NCBI GenBank assembly: GCA_964016885.1
Contig: OZ024741.1
Coordinates: 217,434,001 to 217,498,000 of the forward strand
Origin: Eledone cirrhosa
Taxonomy: Eukaryota
Reading direction: 5' to 3'
Length of the DNA: 64,000 nucleotides
Each line of letters starts with the position of its first letter. The stretch's first letter is position 1. A program made the position numbers and the translations under genes. Of the stretch, positions 14,088-26,746 are shown piece by piece. Below the pieces are notes generated by a model. The model saw only the letters and a program-made list of their open reading frames with translations. It was not told the DNA's origin and did no database searches.

Positions 14088-14640
14088 TTGGGAATACGGA
14101 AGATGATGTGGTCGAGAGGAAGACCAAAGCCTGGGCAGTGTGCCACAGCTTGAGATCGGTGTGGAAGTCGGACCTTCGTTAAGACCTGAAGATCCGCCTG
14201 TTCGTTGCTGCAATGGAGTCTGTGCTGCTGTACGGGTCTGAGACTTGGACACTGACCAAGAAACTCACTCAGATGGTGGATGGGTGCTATACGAGAATGC
14301 TGAGGATGGCTCTGAACATTAATCAGTATACACTGAGGATGAAAAACTCAGAGCTGTATGGGAGCCTCCCAATAGTCAGCTCAAAAGTGACACAGAGGAG
14401 ACTGAGGTTAGCCGGACATGCTCACCGACATCCAGAGTTGACATTGCACTCAGTGCTCCTGTGGGAGCCCCTGCATGGACACACTGGAAGAGGAAGACCG
14501 AGGGTAACATATGTTGATGCCCTGGTTTGTTGGAGACGCAGGACATGGCAGCGATAATGAGGGACAGAGACCTCCGGAGAGAACTCGTCCATGGATCTCG
14601 GGAATTTTACCCGCCCTAGATAGATAGATAGATAGATATA
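14088..14640 (+). mobile_element. RTE-group LINE 3' fragment with a (GATA)n tail
   Basis: ESVLLYGSETWTLTK...RRLRLAGHAHRH...LLWEP..GRGRPRVTY. Confidence 0.8.
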
Positions 14641-15942
14641 TATGTATTGGGGGGGGGGGTGCACTCCAGCAATACGCCATTGCACCTCACTACAACGAAA
14701 AAATAAAATAAAATAAAATACGGGTTCCTTACTCCCCGTGGAGCTCCCAGTCAGTGAAGAGCCCCCAATCCCTGTCGAACCTTTTTACGTGTAGTGCCCC
14801 TAATCCCTGTAGAGCTGCAAGTCCTTACGGAGCCTCTAATCCCCATAGAGTTGGTAGTACTTGTGGAGTTGGTAGTACTTGCGGAGCCTCTAATCTCGGT
14901 GGAGCTGGTAATCTTTGCGGGATCCCTAAACTTCATCCTATTCACCATTATGAACAATACAGCTATGAGTATTGTTACTGTTATTGTCGTTATTGTTTAA
15001 CCTCAGAGCAGCTCTGGTCAAAGACCTTCCAACCATGAACATCCCATCATATATATATATATATTCCAGATATAGTGTAACTAGAACTACAATATTCAAA
15101 GTATCTTTTTAGTATTAAAGGTAGTAGTAGTATGATTTGAGGGAAATTTGGCTGGTATTTCTAGCAGGCCAACCGACCACATAGAAGCACTGTTAGTTAT
15201 AGTATTAATGGTGGTAGTTGCAGTAGTAATTACAGTAGTGGTGGTGGTGGTGGTACTGATAGTAATGTATCTTTCTCTTGTTCTTTCTCTTTTTTATGTC
15301 TATGTATCTCTCTCCCCCTCTCTCTCACTCTTCTCTCACCTCTATCTCTTTCCTCTCTCCTCTCTCTTTCCCTCTTCTCTATCTCTATCTCTCCACTTCT
15401 CTCCCTCTCCTCTATCTCTCCCCTTCTCTCCCTCTCCTCTCCCTCTCTCTCCTCTCCCTCTCTCTCCTCTATCTCCTCTCCCTCTCTCTCCTCTCCCTCT
15501 CTCTCCTCTATCTCTCTCCCTCTCTCTCCCTCCCCTCTATCTCTATCAGTTCCCCTTCTCCCTCTCCTCTATCTCTATCACCTCCCTCCTCCCTCTCTCT
15601 CTCTATCTATCTCTCTCTTCACTCCCATCTTAAACAGTAAATCAATAAATCTATTTTTGTCATAGTCTTCTACTTTTCTTCTTACCTCATCAATGGTTAT
15701 ATGTGTGTGTACACACATATACACATAACTACACACACACACATAACTATACACACACACATGCACACATACATACACATACATACACACACATATGTAT
15801 ATACATACATAGACACAAGTATACACAGAGGCTCATATATACACACATGAACACGTGTGTATATATCACATATATATATATATACATACCCTTATACTCG
15901 TACACACATATATACACAGACATATATACACACACACATGTG

Positions 15943-15977
<35 letters not shown>

Positions 15978-16009
15978 AAAATTCTTTTGTCTTAACCTAT
16001 ATATCCTAT

Positions 16010-17053
16010 AAAAGCTGCCAAAAGTTTATGGGTCCTTCTGCAAAATTAAAGGGTTTCCATCAAAAAAGGACCCTGCTCCATGTCAACCCTGCCCCTTGTT
16101 GACCTTGATCTAAATAGATCCTTCTTTAAGTAGACCCATCTTTGTGTGGGTCCTTCTGCAAAGTTAAAGGGTTTTCATGGAAAAAGATCCCTCACTCCAT
16201 GTGGGTCTTTCTCTCTGTTGACCCTGATCCAAGTAGATCCTTGTGGGCCCTTCTGCAAAATTAAAGGGTTTTAATTTTAGTAAGATCCTGCTTCAGGTTT
16301 TATTTCATTGAAGTGGGCCCTTCTTCAAAGTTCGATGGTTTTAATGAAAGAAGGACCTGCTCCGAGTAGATTCTACTTCACATAGACTCTTCTTGAAATG
16401 GACCCTTTTTCAAAGTTCAAAGAAGGACCCTGCTCCTTATAGACCCTTTTGTCAAGTAGACCCATCTCCAGGCAGGCCATTCTTCAAAGTTAAAGGATTT
16501 TAATCAATTAATGAACCTTGCTCCAAGCTGGCCCTTTTCCAGTTGATCAAACATTCTGGTGATGAACCAACTGAATGCTCGTCACGGTAACTGACATAGC
16601 ATCCATCATATAAGACACCACTGGCATGGCACTAAACCTTTCACACACCCATCATCCTGTTACCCCACAAATACCACTGGTATGTTACTAAATCATCTCT
16701 CTCCTCACTCTCTCTCCTTTCTCAAACCAACCAGTTTAATGACTGTCTGTCTTAAACCACCCGACACCCCTGGTATGGCACTAAACCTCTCCCACACACA
16801 CCATCCTGTTACTCACCAGATATCACTGGTATGTTACTAAACCATCTCTCCTCTCTCTGTCAGACCAGTTTAATGTCTGTCTGTCTTGTAACCCCTCAGA
16901 CACCCCTGGTATGGCACTAGACCTCTCACACCCTCACATCCTGTTAACCCACAGATACCACTGGTATTTCACTAAACCATCTCTCAGTCAGACCAGTTTA
17001 ATGTCTGTGTCCTGTTACCCAACAGATACCACTGATATTTCACTAAACCATCT

Positions 17054-17097
<44 letters not shown>

Positions 17098-17100
17098 ACA
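16010..17100. repeat. Two adjacent degenerate tandem repeats (gggtccttctgcaaagttaaagggttt type; cactggtatg..actaaacc type)
   Basis: Recurrent motifs at 16010-16545 and 16610-17100. Confidence 0.65.
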
Positions 17101-17212
17101 AGCTTAATATCTGTCTCTCTGTCTGTGTGTCTCTCTGGTACCTGCTTCTCTCTGTCTATCTCTCTGTCTGTCTGTTTGTCTGTGTACCTATATCTGTCTC
17201 TATCTGTCTGTA

Positions 17213-17258
<46 letters not shown>

Positions 17259-17488
17259 GCCTGACTTTCTGGCTCTCTGTATCTGTCTATCTGTCTGTCT
17301 GTCTCTCACCTCTCTCTCTCTCTCTGTATCTGTATGTCTGCCTGTATCTGTCTCTTTGTCTGTCTGTCTCTCTCTCTGTCCCCCCTCTCTCTCTGTCCCC
17401 CCTCTCTCTGTATCTCTCCCCTCTCTATCTCTCTGTATCTGTCTATCTCTCTCTCTGTATCTCTCCCCTCCCTCTCTCTCTGTATCTG

Positions 17489-17577
<89 letters not shown>

Positions 17578-17769
17578 CTGTCTATCTGTTCCCCTCTCTC
17601 TCTGTATCTCTCTCCCCCCTCTCTGCCCCTCTGTCTGTATCTGTCTATTTATCTATCTATCTCTCTCTCTCTCTCTCTCTATGACATTTAAAGTGGCTGT
17701 AATAGTTATTCAGTACAATATGACCTGGCCATGTCTGGTTTCAAACATACACATACATACATACATACA

Positions 17770-18510
17770 ATTTCAGACTGACAGACATACATACAGAGAT
17801 ACATACACATACATACACACAATTTCAGACTGACAGACATACATACAGAGATACATACACATACACACACACACTTTCAGACTGACAGACATACATACAG
17901 AGACACATACACACACACTTTCAGACTGACAGACATACATACAGAGACACATACACACACACACTTTCAAACTGACAGACATACATACAGAGACACACAC
18001 GCACACACTTTCAGACTGACAGACATACATACAGAGACACACACGCACACACTTTCAGACTGACAGACATACATACAGAGACACACACGCACACACTTTC
18101 AGACTGACAGACATACATACAGAGACACATACACACACACTTTCAGACTGACAGACATACATACAGAGACACATACACACACACTTTCAGACTGACAGAC
18201 ATACATACAGAGACACATACACACACACTTTCAGACTGACAGACATACATACAGAGACACATACACACACACTTTCAGACTGACAGACATACATACAGAG
18301 ACACACACACACACACTTTCAAACTGACAGACATACATACAGAGACACACACACACACACTTTCAAACTGACAGACATACATACAGAGACACATACACAC
18401 ACACTTTCAGACTGACAGACATACATACAGAAACACACACACACTTTCAAACTGACAGACATACATACAGAGACACACACACACACACACACACACTTTC
18501 AGACTGACAG

Positions 18511-18582
<72 letters not shown>

Positions 18583-20470
18583 TCAGACTGACAGACATAC
18601 ATACAGAGACACATACACACACACTTTCAGACTGACAGACATACATACAGAGACACATACACACACATTTTCAGACTGACAGACATACATACAGAGACAC
18701 ATACACACACACTTTCAGACTGACAGACATACATACAGAGACACATACACACACACTTTCAGACTGACAGACATACATACAGAGACACATACACACACAC
18801 TTTCAGACTGACAGACATACATACAGAGACACATACACACACACACACACACTTTCAAACTGACAGACATACATACAGAGACACATACACACACACTTTC
18901 AGACTGACAGACATACATACAGAGACACATACACACACACACACACACTTTCAAACTGACAGACATACATACAGACACACACACACACACTTTCAGACTG
19001 ACAGACATACATACAGAGACACATACACACACACTTTCAAACTGACAGACATACATACAGAGACACACACACACACACACTTTCAGACTGACAGACATAC
19101 ATACAGAGACACATACACACACACTTTCAGACTGACAGACATACATACAGAGACACATACACACACACACACACACTTTCAAACTGACAGACATACATAC
19201 AGACACACACACACACACTTTCAGACTGACAGACATACATACAGAGACACATACACACACACTTTCAAACTGACAGACATACATACAGAGACACACACAC
19301 ACACACACTTTCAAACTGACAGACATACATACAGAGACACACACACTTTCAGACTGACAGACATACATACAGAGACACATACACACACACACTTTCAAAC
19401 TGACAGACATACATACAGAGACACACACACTTTCAGACTGACAGGCATACATACCGAGACACATACACACACACTTTCAGACTGACAGACATACATACAG
19501 AGACACATACACACACACTTTCAGACTGACAGACATACATACAGAGACACATACACACACACTTTCAGACTGACAGAGATACATACAGAGACACATACAC
19601 ACACACACTTTCAAACTGACAGACATACATACAGACACACACACTTTCAGACTGACATACATACAGAGACACATACACACACACTTTCAGACTGACAGAC
19701 ATACATACAGACACAAACACACACACTTTCAGACTGACAGACATACATACAGACACATACACACATACACTTTCAGACTGACAGACATACATACAGAGAC
19801 ACACACACTTTCAAACTGACAGACATACATACAGAGACACACACACACACACTTTCAGACTGACAGACATACATACAGAGACACACACATACACACACAC
19901 TTTCAGACTGACAGACATACATACAGAGACACATACACACACACTTTCAGACTGACAGACATACATACAGAGACACACACACACACACACACACACTTTC
20001 AGACTGACAGACATACATACAGAGACACATACACACACACTTTCAGACTGACAGACATACATACAGAGACACACACACACACACACTTTCAGACTGACAG
20101 ACATACATACAGACACACACACACACTTTCAGACTGACAGACATACATACAGAGACACATACACACACACTTTCAGACTGACAGACATACATACAGAGAC
20201 ACATACACACACACTTTCAGACTGACAGACATACATACAGAGACACATACACACACACTTTCAAACTGACAGACATACATACAGAGACACACACACTTTC
20301 AGACTGACAGACATACATACAGAGACACATACACACACACTTTCAAACTGACAGACATACATACAGAGACACACACACTTTCAGACTGACAGACATACAT
20401 ACAGAGACACATACACACACACTTTCAGACTGACAGACATACATACATACAGAGACACATACACACACAC
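17770..20470. repeat. Minisatellite of about 40 bp: tttcagactgacagacatacatacagagacacat(ac)n
   Basis: More than 60 near-identical units with a variable-length (CA) spacer. Confidence 0.95.
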
Positions 20471-20969
20471 ACATACATACAGACGTCCAAACATAGACAC
20501 ACATTCACACTCACAAACACATACAAATATACACACAGACTGACAGACAAACATATACATACACACACAGTCACGTTCACATACACACACATATGCACAC
20601 AGAGACACAGACAAATAATCATGCAGATGCAAACAAATACACATACGTACACACACACACATACACACACAACACGTACAAATGCACAGACTCACGCATA
20701 TGTATATATATACACACACACATACAAATAACGACACGCACACACAGAGACACACATATACAAACAGATACACACACACTCACAAAAAGTTAGCAAATGA
20801 CATGCACATAAGTGTACAGACACACAGGCACATACATGCACACACAGACACACGTACAGACACACACATACAAACAGATATGTACATACACACTCTCACA
20901 AAGTTAGCAAATGACATGCACATAAGTGTGCACACACACACAGGCGTACACACACACACACACACACAG

Positions 20970-21014
<45 letters not shown>

Positions 21015-21016
21015 CG

Positions 21017-21064
<48 letters not shown>

Positions 21065-21104
21065 TAGCAAATATACATCTGGATTGTTGCTGCCCTAATT
21101 TAAG

Positions 21105-21845
21105 ATTTTAAACTGGGTTGAGTTGACTCAGTATTGAAAGGTTACTCTGGTTCAGCCCTGCCCTAATCCAGGGTCCCTGACTAGATCTGGGTGAACTAGT
21201 ATTGAAGGTTACCCTAGTTGAGCCCTGCCCTAATCCAGAGTCCCTGACTGGGTAAAAGGTGGTTTGGTATTGCAAGGATACTGTGATGTATGTAGCCCAG
21301 CATAAGCACTTTAAACTGGATCAAGGTGATCTAGTATTGCAAGGTTACTGTGTTACCCTGCTCTAATCCAGAGCCCTAGACTAGATCTGGGTGACCTAGT
21401 ATTGAAGATTACTGTGGTACAGCCTTGCACTAATCTAGGGTCCCTGAATGTGTACAGGGTTATTTAGTAATACAGTTTACTGTGGTGTATGTAGCCCTGC
21501 CCTAATCTAGCGACCCTGACTGGGTACAGGGGGATTTAGTAATACAGTTTACTGTGGTGTATGTAACCCTGCACTAATCTAGGGTCCCTGACTGGGTACA
21601 GGGTGATTTAGTAACACAGTTTACTGTGGTGTAGCCCTGCTCTAATCCAGAGCCCTTGACTGGATCAGGGTGACTGAGCGATTGAGTTTACTGTGGTTTA
21701 GCCCTGCTCTAATCAACGACTTAAGACTGGATCAGGGGAATTTAATTCTGAAGGTTACTGCGCAACCCTGCTCTAATCCAGGGCTCTTGACAGGGTACAG
21801 GGTGGTTTTGTAATACAGTTTACTGTGGTGTAGCCCTTCCAGGGC
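21105..21845. repeat. Degenerate minisatellite of about 65-70 bp (ccctgc.ctaatccaggg.ccctgactggg...ttactgtggt)
   Basis: About 11 recurring units directly upstream of the first coding exon. Confidence 0.8.
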
Positions 21846-21950
21846 CTTAGAAGCAGCAGTGGTTTCAGGTAGTTTTGTGTGAAAAGAATTAAAATCTGTT
21901 CATTTTCTTTCTCTGTGTCTTTCAGTGGGTCTCTCATGTAAATTCTAGGG

Positions 21951-22130
21951 ATGGTTAAACAGAACAGCCAAGCTGAGTTAGTGAAATGTGTTATTGTTGG
22001 TGACCCTGGTGTTGGTAAGACCTGTCTGATCTGTGCATGGGCCTCTGGAGTGAAGTACTGCCTCAATGAACTGGTCAAGACACATGTGGCCACAGTGTGG
22101 GCCATTGACCACTACAGGACTGATAGAGAG
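21951..22130 (+). CDS. RhoBTB: RhoBTB-family atypical Rho GTPase, first coding exon
   Basis: MVKQNSQAELVKCVIVGDPGVGKTCLICAWA...THVATVWAIDHYRTDRE carries the P-loop and the RhoBTB-specific THVxTVWAID motif. An upstream acceptor ttcag ends at 21925. The donor is GAG|gtaagc (phase 0). Confidence 0.92.
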
Positions 22131-22179
22131 GTAAGCTTGATTTCACCTTTTACTTTCCTAACATTGACATTAGGAAGGA

Positions 22180-22580
22180 TGTGAGTGACTGGATGATGGG
22201 ATTAGAGACTGGGATGGATGTTGTGTAGGGAAGTGGAATCAGATGGTTGGGTCATGTGTTGAGGAATAGAGCCAGTGATGAATGTTGTGAAGAGAAATAG
22301 AATGAGATGGTTGGGTCATGTGTTGAGGAAGAATGAAAGTAACTGGGTAAGAGGAGTGATGGAAATAAATGTGGAAGGAAGTAGAGGAAGAGGGAGACCA
22401 AGAAAGACATGGTTAAAGATGATGGAGGAAGAAATGAAAGCTTGGGATTTGACGAGGAACCATGCAGATAATAGGGACAAAATCGTAAAGCTTGTCGTGG
22501 AACCCTGCAAGGCTAATTTCTGCTTTAGTAAGAAAAATGGCTGGCTTTAAAATTCTTCTTGTTGCTGCTATTGTTGTTAT
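22180..22580 (+). mobile_element. RTE LINE 3' fragment in intron
   Basis: RNRMRWLGHVLRK...GSRGRGRPRKTW. The segment agatggttgggtcatgtgttgaggaa is internally duplicated. Confidence 0.75.
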
Positions 22581-22785
22581 TACTATTGTCTAACCAATTG
22601 TGGAAATGGGTGAGGAGAAAACATAATAGGTGAGTGAGTGTTGACAGAAATGATAGAGCATTGGACTAGACCTTGTGGTGTTTATTCTTGATCCCTTGTC
22701 TTCTGAGTTCAGACCCCACTAAGATCAACATTGCTTTTTTATCCATCCAGGGTCAATAAACAGCAGTTTCTGCTTCATCTGTTAA

Positions 22786-23100
22786 ATGCTGCATAGCTTG
22801 AAGATCAGAGATTCACTCCAGGTAGAGCTGCTACTTCTCCGAATTGAGAGATTACAGCTCCGATACTACAGATATGTGGTTAGAATGTCTCGGGGAAAAA
22901 AAATTGCTGGACAGATTTTATGGGCGAAACTAACTGGCAGGAGACCCAAGCAAGATGGTTGGATAACATCAATGAGTTTAGCTGGTCCCACTTGGAAACC
23001 CAGCCGAATCAGCTGGAAATGGTTGGTTCTGACAGGACGCGCTGGAAGGTGTGTTTGAGGACTCTGCCCCCATGACCCTCTCAGGAAAAAGCAGATGAAG
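22786..23100 (+). mobile_element. Degenerate RTE-group LINE 3' fragment
   Basis: LLLRIERLQLRYYRYVVRM...GRRPK. Reverse-complement similarity to 11960-12210. Confidence 0.65.
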
Positions 23101-23312
23101 GAGAAGGGTCAATAAGTAAAATACCTGTCCATGGTGAAAGACTGACAGAGTTGTTAGAGCATTAGATAGATTACCTTGTATTCCATCTCTGTGTTCTGAG
23201 TTCAAATCTCACCCAGCTCAACATTGACTTTTTATCCTTCCAAGTAACAGTCCAGGGTACCTTATGGTATTTAATCCTTAGGGGTTTTTTTTTTGTTTTT
23301 CTTTTTTTCCAG

Positions 23313-23416
23313 ATTCTGGAACGTTCTTGGATTGATGTAGATGGCGCTTGTGTATCTCTACGACTGTGGGACACTTTTGGTTACCATGACAAAGACAGAA
23401 GGTTTGCTTATGGAAG
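23313..23416 (+). CDS. RhoBTB: RhoBTB coding exon 2
   Basis: Polypyrimidine tract plus ccag| acceptor. [34 protein letters not shown](R) matches the RhoBTB motif [19 protein letters not shown]. The donor is AG|gtaaat (phase 2). Confidence 0.95.
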
Positions 23417-23859
23417 GTAAATGTCATCTCACACGCACATATATATACTTACACCTAGACACATACACACACATTCAGGCATAAAAACACACATTCATGC
23501 ATAAACACACACATTCATGCATAAACACACACATACATATATAAACCCACACATACATACACAAACACATAATTACAAAAACACATGCACACATACACAC
23601 ACATACATATATATTCGTACATGCATACATACACAAATGCTCACACATGTACACAAACGCTTACACAAACACTCACACATATACACAAACACACAAACAC
23701 TCTCTCAAACACACACTCACACATACACAAACATATTTTCAGCTGGATGCCCTTCCTAATGCCAACCACTTCACAGTGTGTATTGAGAAGCGTTTTATCC
23801 TGCCCTAGTCTCTCCACATTGAAAAGTAACATACTTTTAAAAGATTCAAGTTTGCTCAA

Positions 23860-25110
23860 CATCATCATCATCATTCTTTAACATACATTTCTCCTGGCTA
23901 GCATGGGTTAGATGTGTTGTCCAGTTGTGAGACAAGCCAGATCGGATGACCATGTCTTGCTCATACAGGGCTGATTTTGATTTGGTTTCTACCACCAACC
24001 TTCCTAACACCAACCACATTTATGGGCTGGGTGGTTTTTGTTGTGATACCTACACTACCACTTTACAGTGTGTACTGGGTGCTTTTTGTCATGACACCTA
24101 CATGACCATTTTAAAATGTGTACTGGGTGCTTTTTGTCATGCTACTTTCCGAACCACTTTACAGTGTGGGCTGAGTGCTTTTTGTCATGACATTTACTCG
24201 ACCACTTTACAATGTGTACTGAGTGCCTTTTGTCATGACACCTACACGACCACTTTACAGTGTGGACTGGGTGCTTTTTTTGCCGTGACACCTTCATGAC
24301 CACTTTACAGTGTGGACTGGGTGCTTTTTGTTGTGACACCTACAGGACCACTTTACAGTGTGGACTGGGTGCTTTTTTTTGCCGTGACACCTACACGACC
24401 ACTCTACAGTGTGGACTGGGTGCTTTTTTTTGCCGTGACACCTACACGACCACTCTACAGTGTGGACTGGGTGCTTTTTTTTGCCGTGACACCTACACAA
24501 CCACTTTACAGTGTGGACTGGGTGCTTTTTGTTGTGACACCTACAGGACCACTTTACAGTGTGGACTGGGTGCTTTTTTTTGCCGTGACACCTACACGAC
24601 CACTCTACAGTGTGGACTGGGTGCTTTTTTTTGCCGTGACACCTACACGACCACTCTACAGTGTGGACTGGGTGCTTTTTTTTGCCGTGACACCTTCATG
24701 ACCACTTTACAATGTGTACTGGGTGCCTTTTGTCATGACACCTACACGACCACTCTACAGTGTGGACTGGGTGCTTTTTTTGCTGTGACACCTTCATGAC
24801 CACTTTACAGTGTGGACTGGGTGCTTTTTGTTGTGACACCTACAGGACCACTTTACAGTGTGGACTGGGTGCTTTTTTTTGCCGTGACACCTACACGACC
24901 ACTCTACAGTGTGGACTGGGTGCTTTTTTTTTGCCGTGACACCTACACGACCACTCTACAGTGTGGACTGGGTGCTTTTTTTTGCCGTGACACCTACACA
25001 ACCACTTTACAGTGTGGACTGGGTGCTTTTTGTTGTGACACCTACAGGACCACTTTACAGTGTGGACTGGGTGCTTTTTGTTGTGACACCTACATGACCA
25101 CTTTACAATG
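23860..25110 (-). repeat. Tandem array (48-52 bp unit, about 22 copies) expanded inside an RTE-type 3' tail
   Basis: Unit is gacacctacacgaccactttacagtgtggactgggtgctttttttgccgt. The left flank is a (CAT)n tail plus gcatgggttaga...ccttcctaacaccaaccacattta, as in the RTE 3' UTRs. Confidence 0.9.
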
Positions 25111-25148
25111 TTATTTGTTTAAATATGTTTATTATTTTTCTGTTTCAG

Positions 25149-25340
25149 GGCTGATGTTGTAATCCTGTGCTTCAGTGTAGTGAAGCCTCCATCCTTGATC
25201 AATGTCAAGAAAGTGTGGCTACCTGAAATACGTACATATTGTCCTACAACTCCGATAGTTCTGGTTGGTACACAAGCTGATATGAGATACCTCTACAACA
25301 CTGAAGTCTATCAAAACCTTGAGAAAGGGTTACTTTACAG
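25149..25340 (+). CDS. RhoBTB: RhoBTB coding exon 3
   Basis: tttcag| acceptor is phase-compatible with exon 2 (AG+G = Arg). It encodes ADVVILCFSVVKPPSLINVKKVWLPEIRTYCPTTPIVLVGTQADMRYLYNTEVYQNLEKGLLY(R). The donor is AG|gtaata. Confidence 0.95.
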
Positions 25341-25345
25341 GTAAT

Positions 25346-25730
25346 ATCATCATCATCATCATTTTACATCCGCTTTTCCCTGCTTGCAAGGGTGGGATGG
25401 GTCCTATTCAGCACAGCATCTCTCCACTTGTCACGGTCCTTCGTCATCTCCTCCGTCAGCTTCAGCGATCTGAGGTCTGCTCTCACCAACTCTGCCCATG
25501 TTTTTCGTGGCCTACCTCTACTGGGATTTCTTGGCACTTCTTTACCCAGCGGTCATCCTCCATGTGCATCACATGTCCATACCATTTCAGCCTTCTCCCC
25601 TGCACACCACAACTTATCCCTCTTATACCCAGTTTCTCTCTCAACTCATCTATGCTTGGTCGTTCACACACATTGACATTGCACATCCAACGGAGCATGC
25701 TTGCTTCATTTCTCTCCAGCCATCGCATGT
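25346..25730 (-). mobile_element. RTE LINE 3' fragment with a (GAT)n tail
   Basis: LERNEASMLRWMCNV...RRLKWYGHVMHM. The (CAT)n tail starts 5 nt after the splice donor. Confidence 0.85.
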
Positions 25731-25963
25731 ATATGTGTTTTAATATTAGTAGATAAAAAGAGATTAACCTCTCCAAGGATTACTGATTACAGAATTCTCT
25801 AAGGATAACCCTACAATCGACCTACTGAAGTAAACCTCTTGTTGAGTCAACGACCACTGTATGCTGAAACAGTCCTCATTATAGGCTACTCTAACCCTGA
25901 ACTAGAGAAACTGAAAACAATATCTCGTATACCTATATATATATACGCTCCAGTATTTTAACC

Positions 25964-26015
<52 letters not shown>

Positions 26016-26058
26016 TTCAAAATATTAATAAATGGAGACATTCACGTACTCAATAGAT

Positions 26059-26233
26059 TGGCAGTATCGGTAGAGGGTCGGACGCCATGCTTTCCAGCAT
26101 AGTTACGTCCCTTTATGATCTGAGTTCAAATCCCGCCGAGGTTAACTTTGCCTTTCATCCTTACGGGGTCGATAAAATAAAGTACCAGTAATGAACTGGG
26201 TAATTGCTGGTCTTGTGCCTAAAGTAGAAACAA
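26059..26233 (+). mobile_element. tRNA-derived SINE
   Basis: A box TGGCAGTATCGG and B box GAGTTCAAATCC. Other copies or fragments lie near 2150, 8482, 22690 and 23190. Confidence 0.85.
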
Positions 26234-26242
26234 ATATATATG

Positions 26243-26304
26243 TTTTATTATATATATTTCAGAGGTACTGTGGTGTTTTTTCAGTACGTCCTCATCAGAT
26301 AAAA
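26243..26304 (-). ncRNA. Type I hammerhead ribozyme (family c)
   Basis: Minus strand reads ttttat-CTGATGA-ggacgtactg...cagtacctct-GAAA-TATATA-TA-ataaaa. Confidence 0.85.
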
Positions 26305-26364
26305 TATATAAATTGATGTATGACATACCTCAACTGTGCTGATGGTTCAATTCCAGTCTTGAAA

Positions 26365-26698
26365 ATGGCTTAGTGGTTAGAGCATTGGCCTTGCAATTGA
26401 AAGGTTGTGAGTTCAATTCTCAGACCGGGTGATGTGTTGTTTCCTTGAGCAAGACACTTTATTTCACATTGCTCCAGTTTACTCAGCTGTAGAAATGAGA
26501 TGATAGGGACTGGGGTCCCTATCATTCCACTGCAAAGTGGTCGTGGAGGTGCCACGGCAAAAAAGCACCCAGCACTCACTGTAAATGAGGTTGGTGTTAG
26601 GAAGGGCATCCAGCTGTAGAAATCAACCCAGACTCAGTTCCCGTCCCACCCTTGCAAGCAGGGAAGAAGCGGACGTGAAATGAAATGATGATGATGAT
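26365..26698 (+). mobile_element. tRNA-headed SINE with a conserved central domain and an RTE-derived 3' tail
   Basis: A box TGGCTTAGTGG, B box GAGTTCAATTC and a ccttgagcaagacactt core. The tail is shared with the RTE subfamily A 3' UTR and ends in (GAT)n. Confidence 0.85.
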
Positions 26699-26715
26699 AT
26701 ATGTATGTATATATG

Positions 26716-26746
<31 letters not shown>

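Larger units (their letters stand above)
26008..26362 (-). mobile_element. Family c hammerhead element interrupted by a SINE
   Basis: 26008-26053 plus 26233-26360 are collinear with 3369-3538. Confidence 0.8.

Noticed and set aside
14728-14957. Possible minus-strand exon (GTAAG donor near 14732, Ser/Thr-rich ORF)
   Set aside because: It is a short degenerate tandem repeat with stops before the donor in the frames examined and no recognisable homology.
25745-25968. Unique island with CTGA and GAAAC words as another hammerhead
   Set aside because: I could not assemble a CUGANGA core with paired stems.
26365-26445. tRNA genes (also 26059 and 31880-31950)
   Set aside because: The A and B boxes continue into SINE bodies and tails, and no complete cloverleaf is present.
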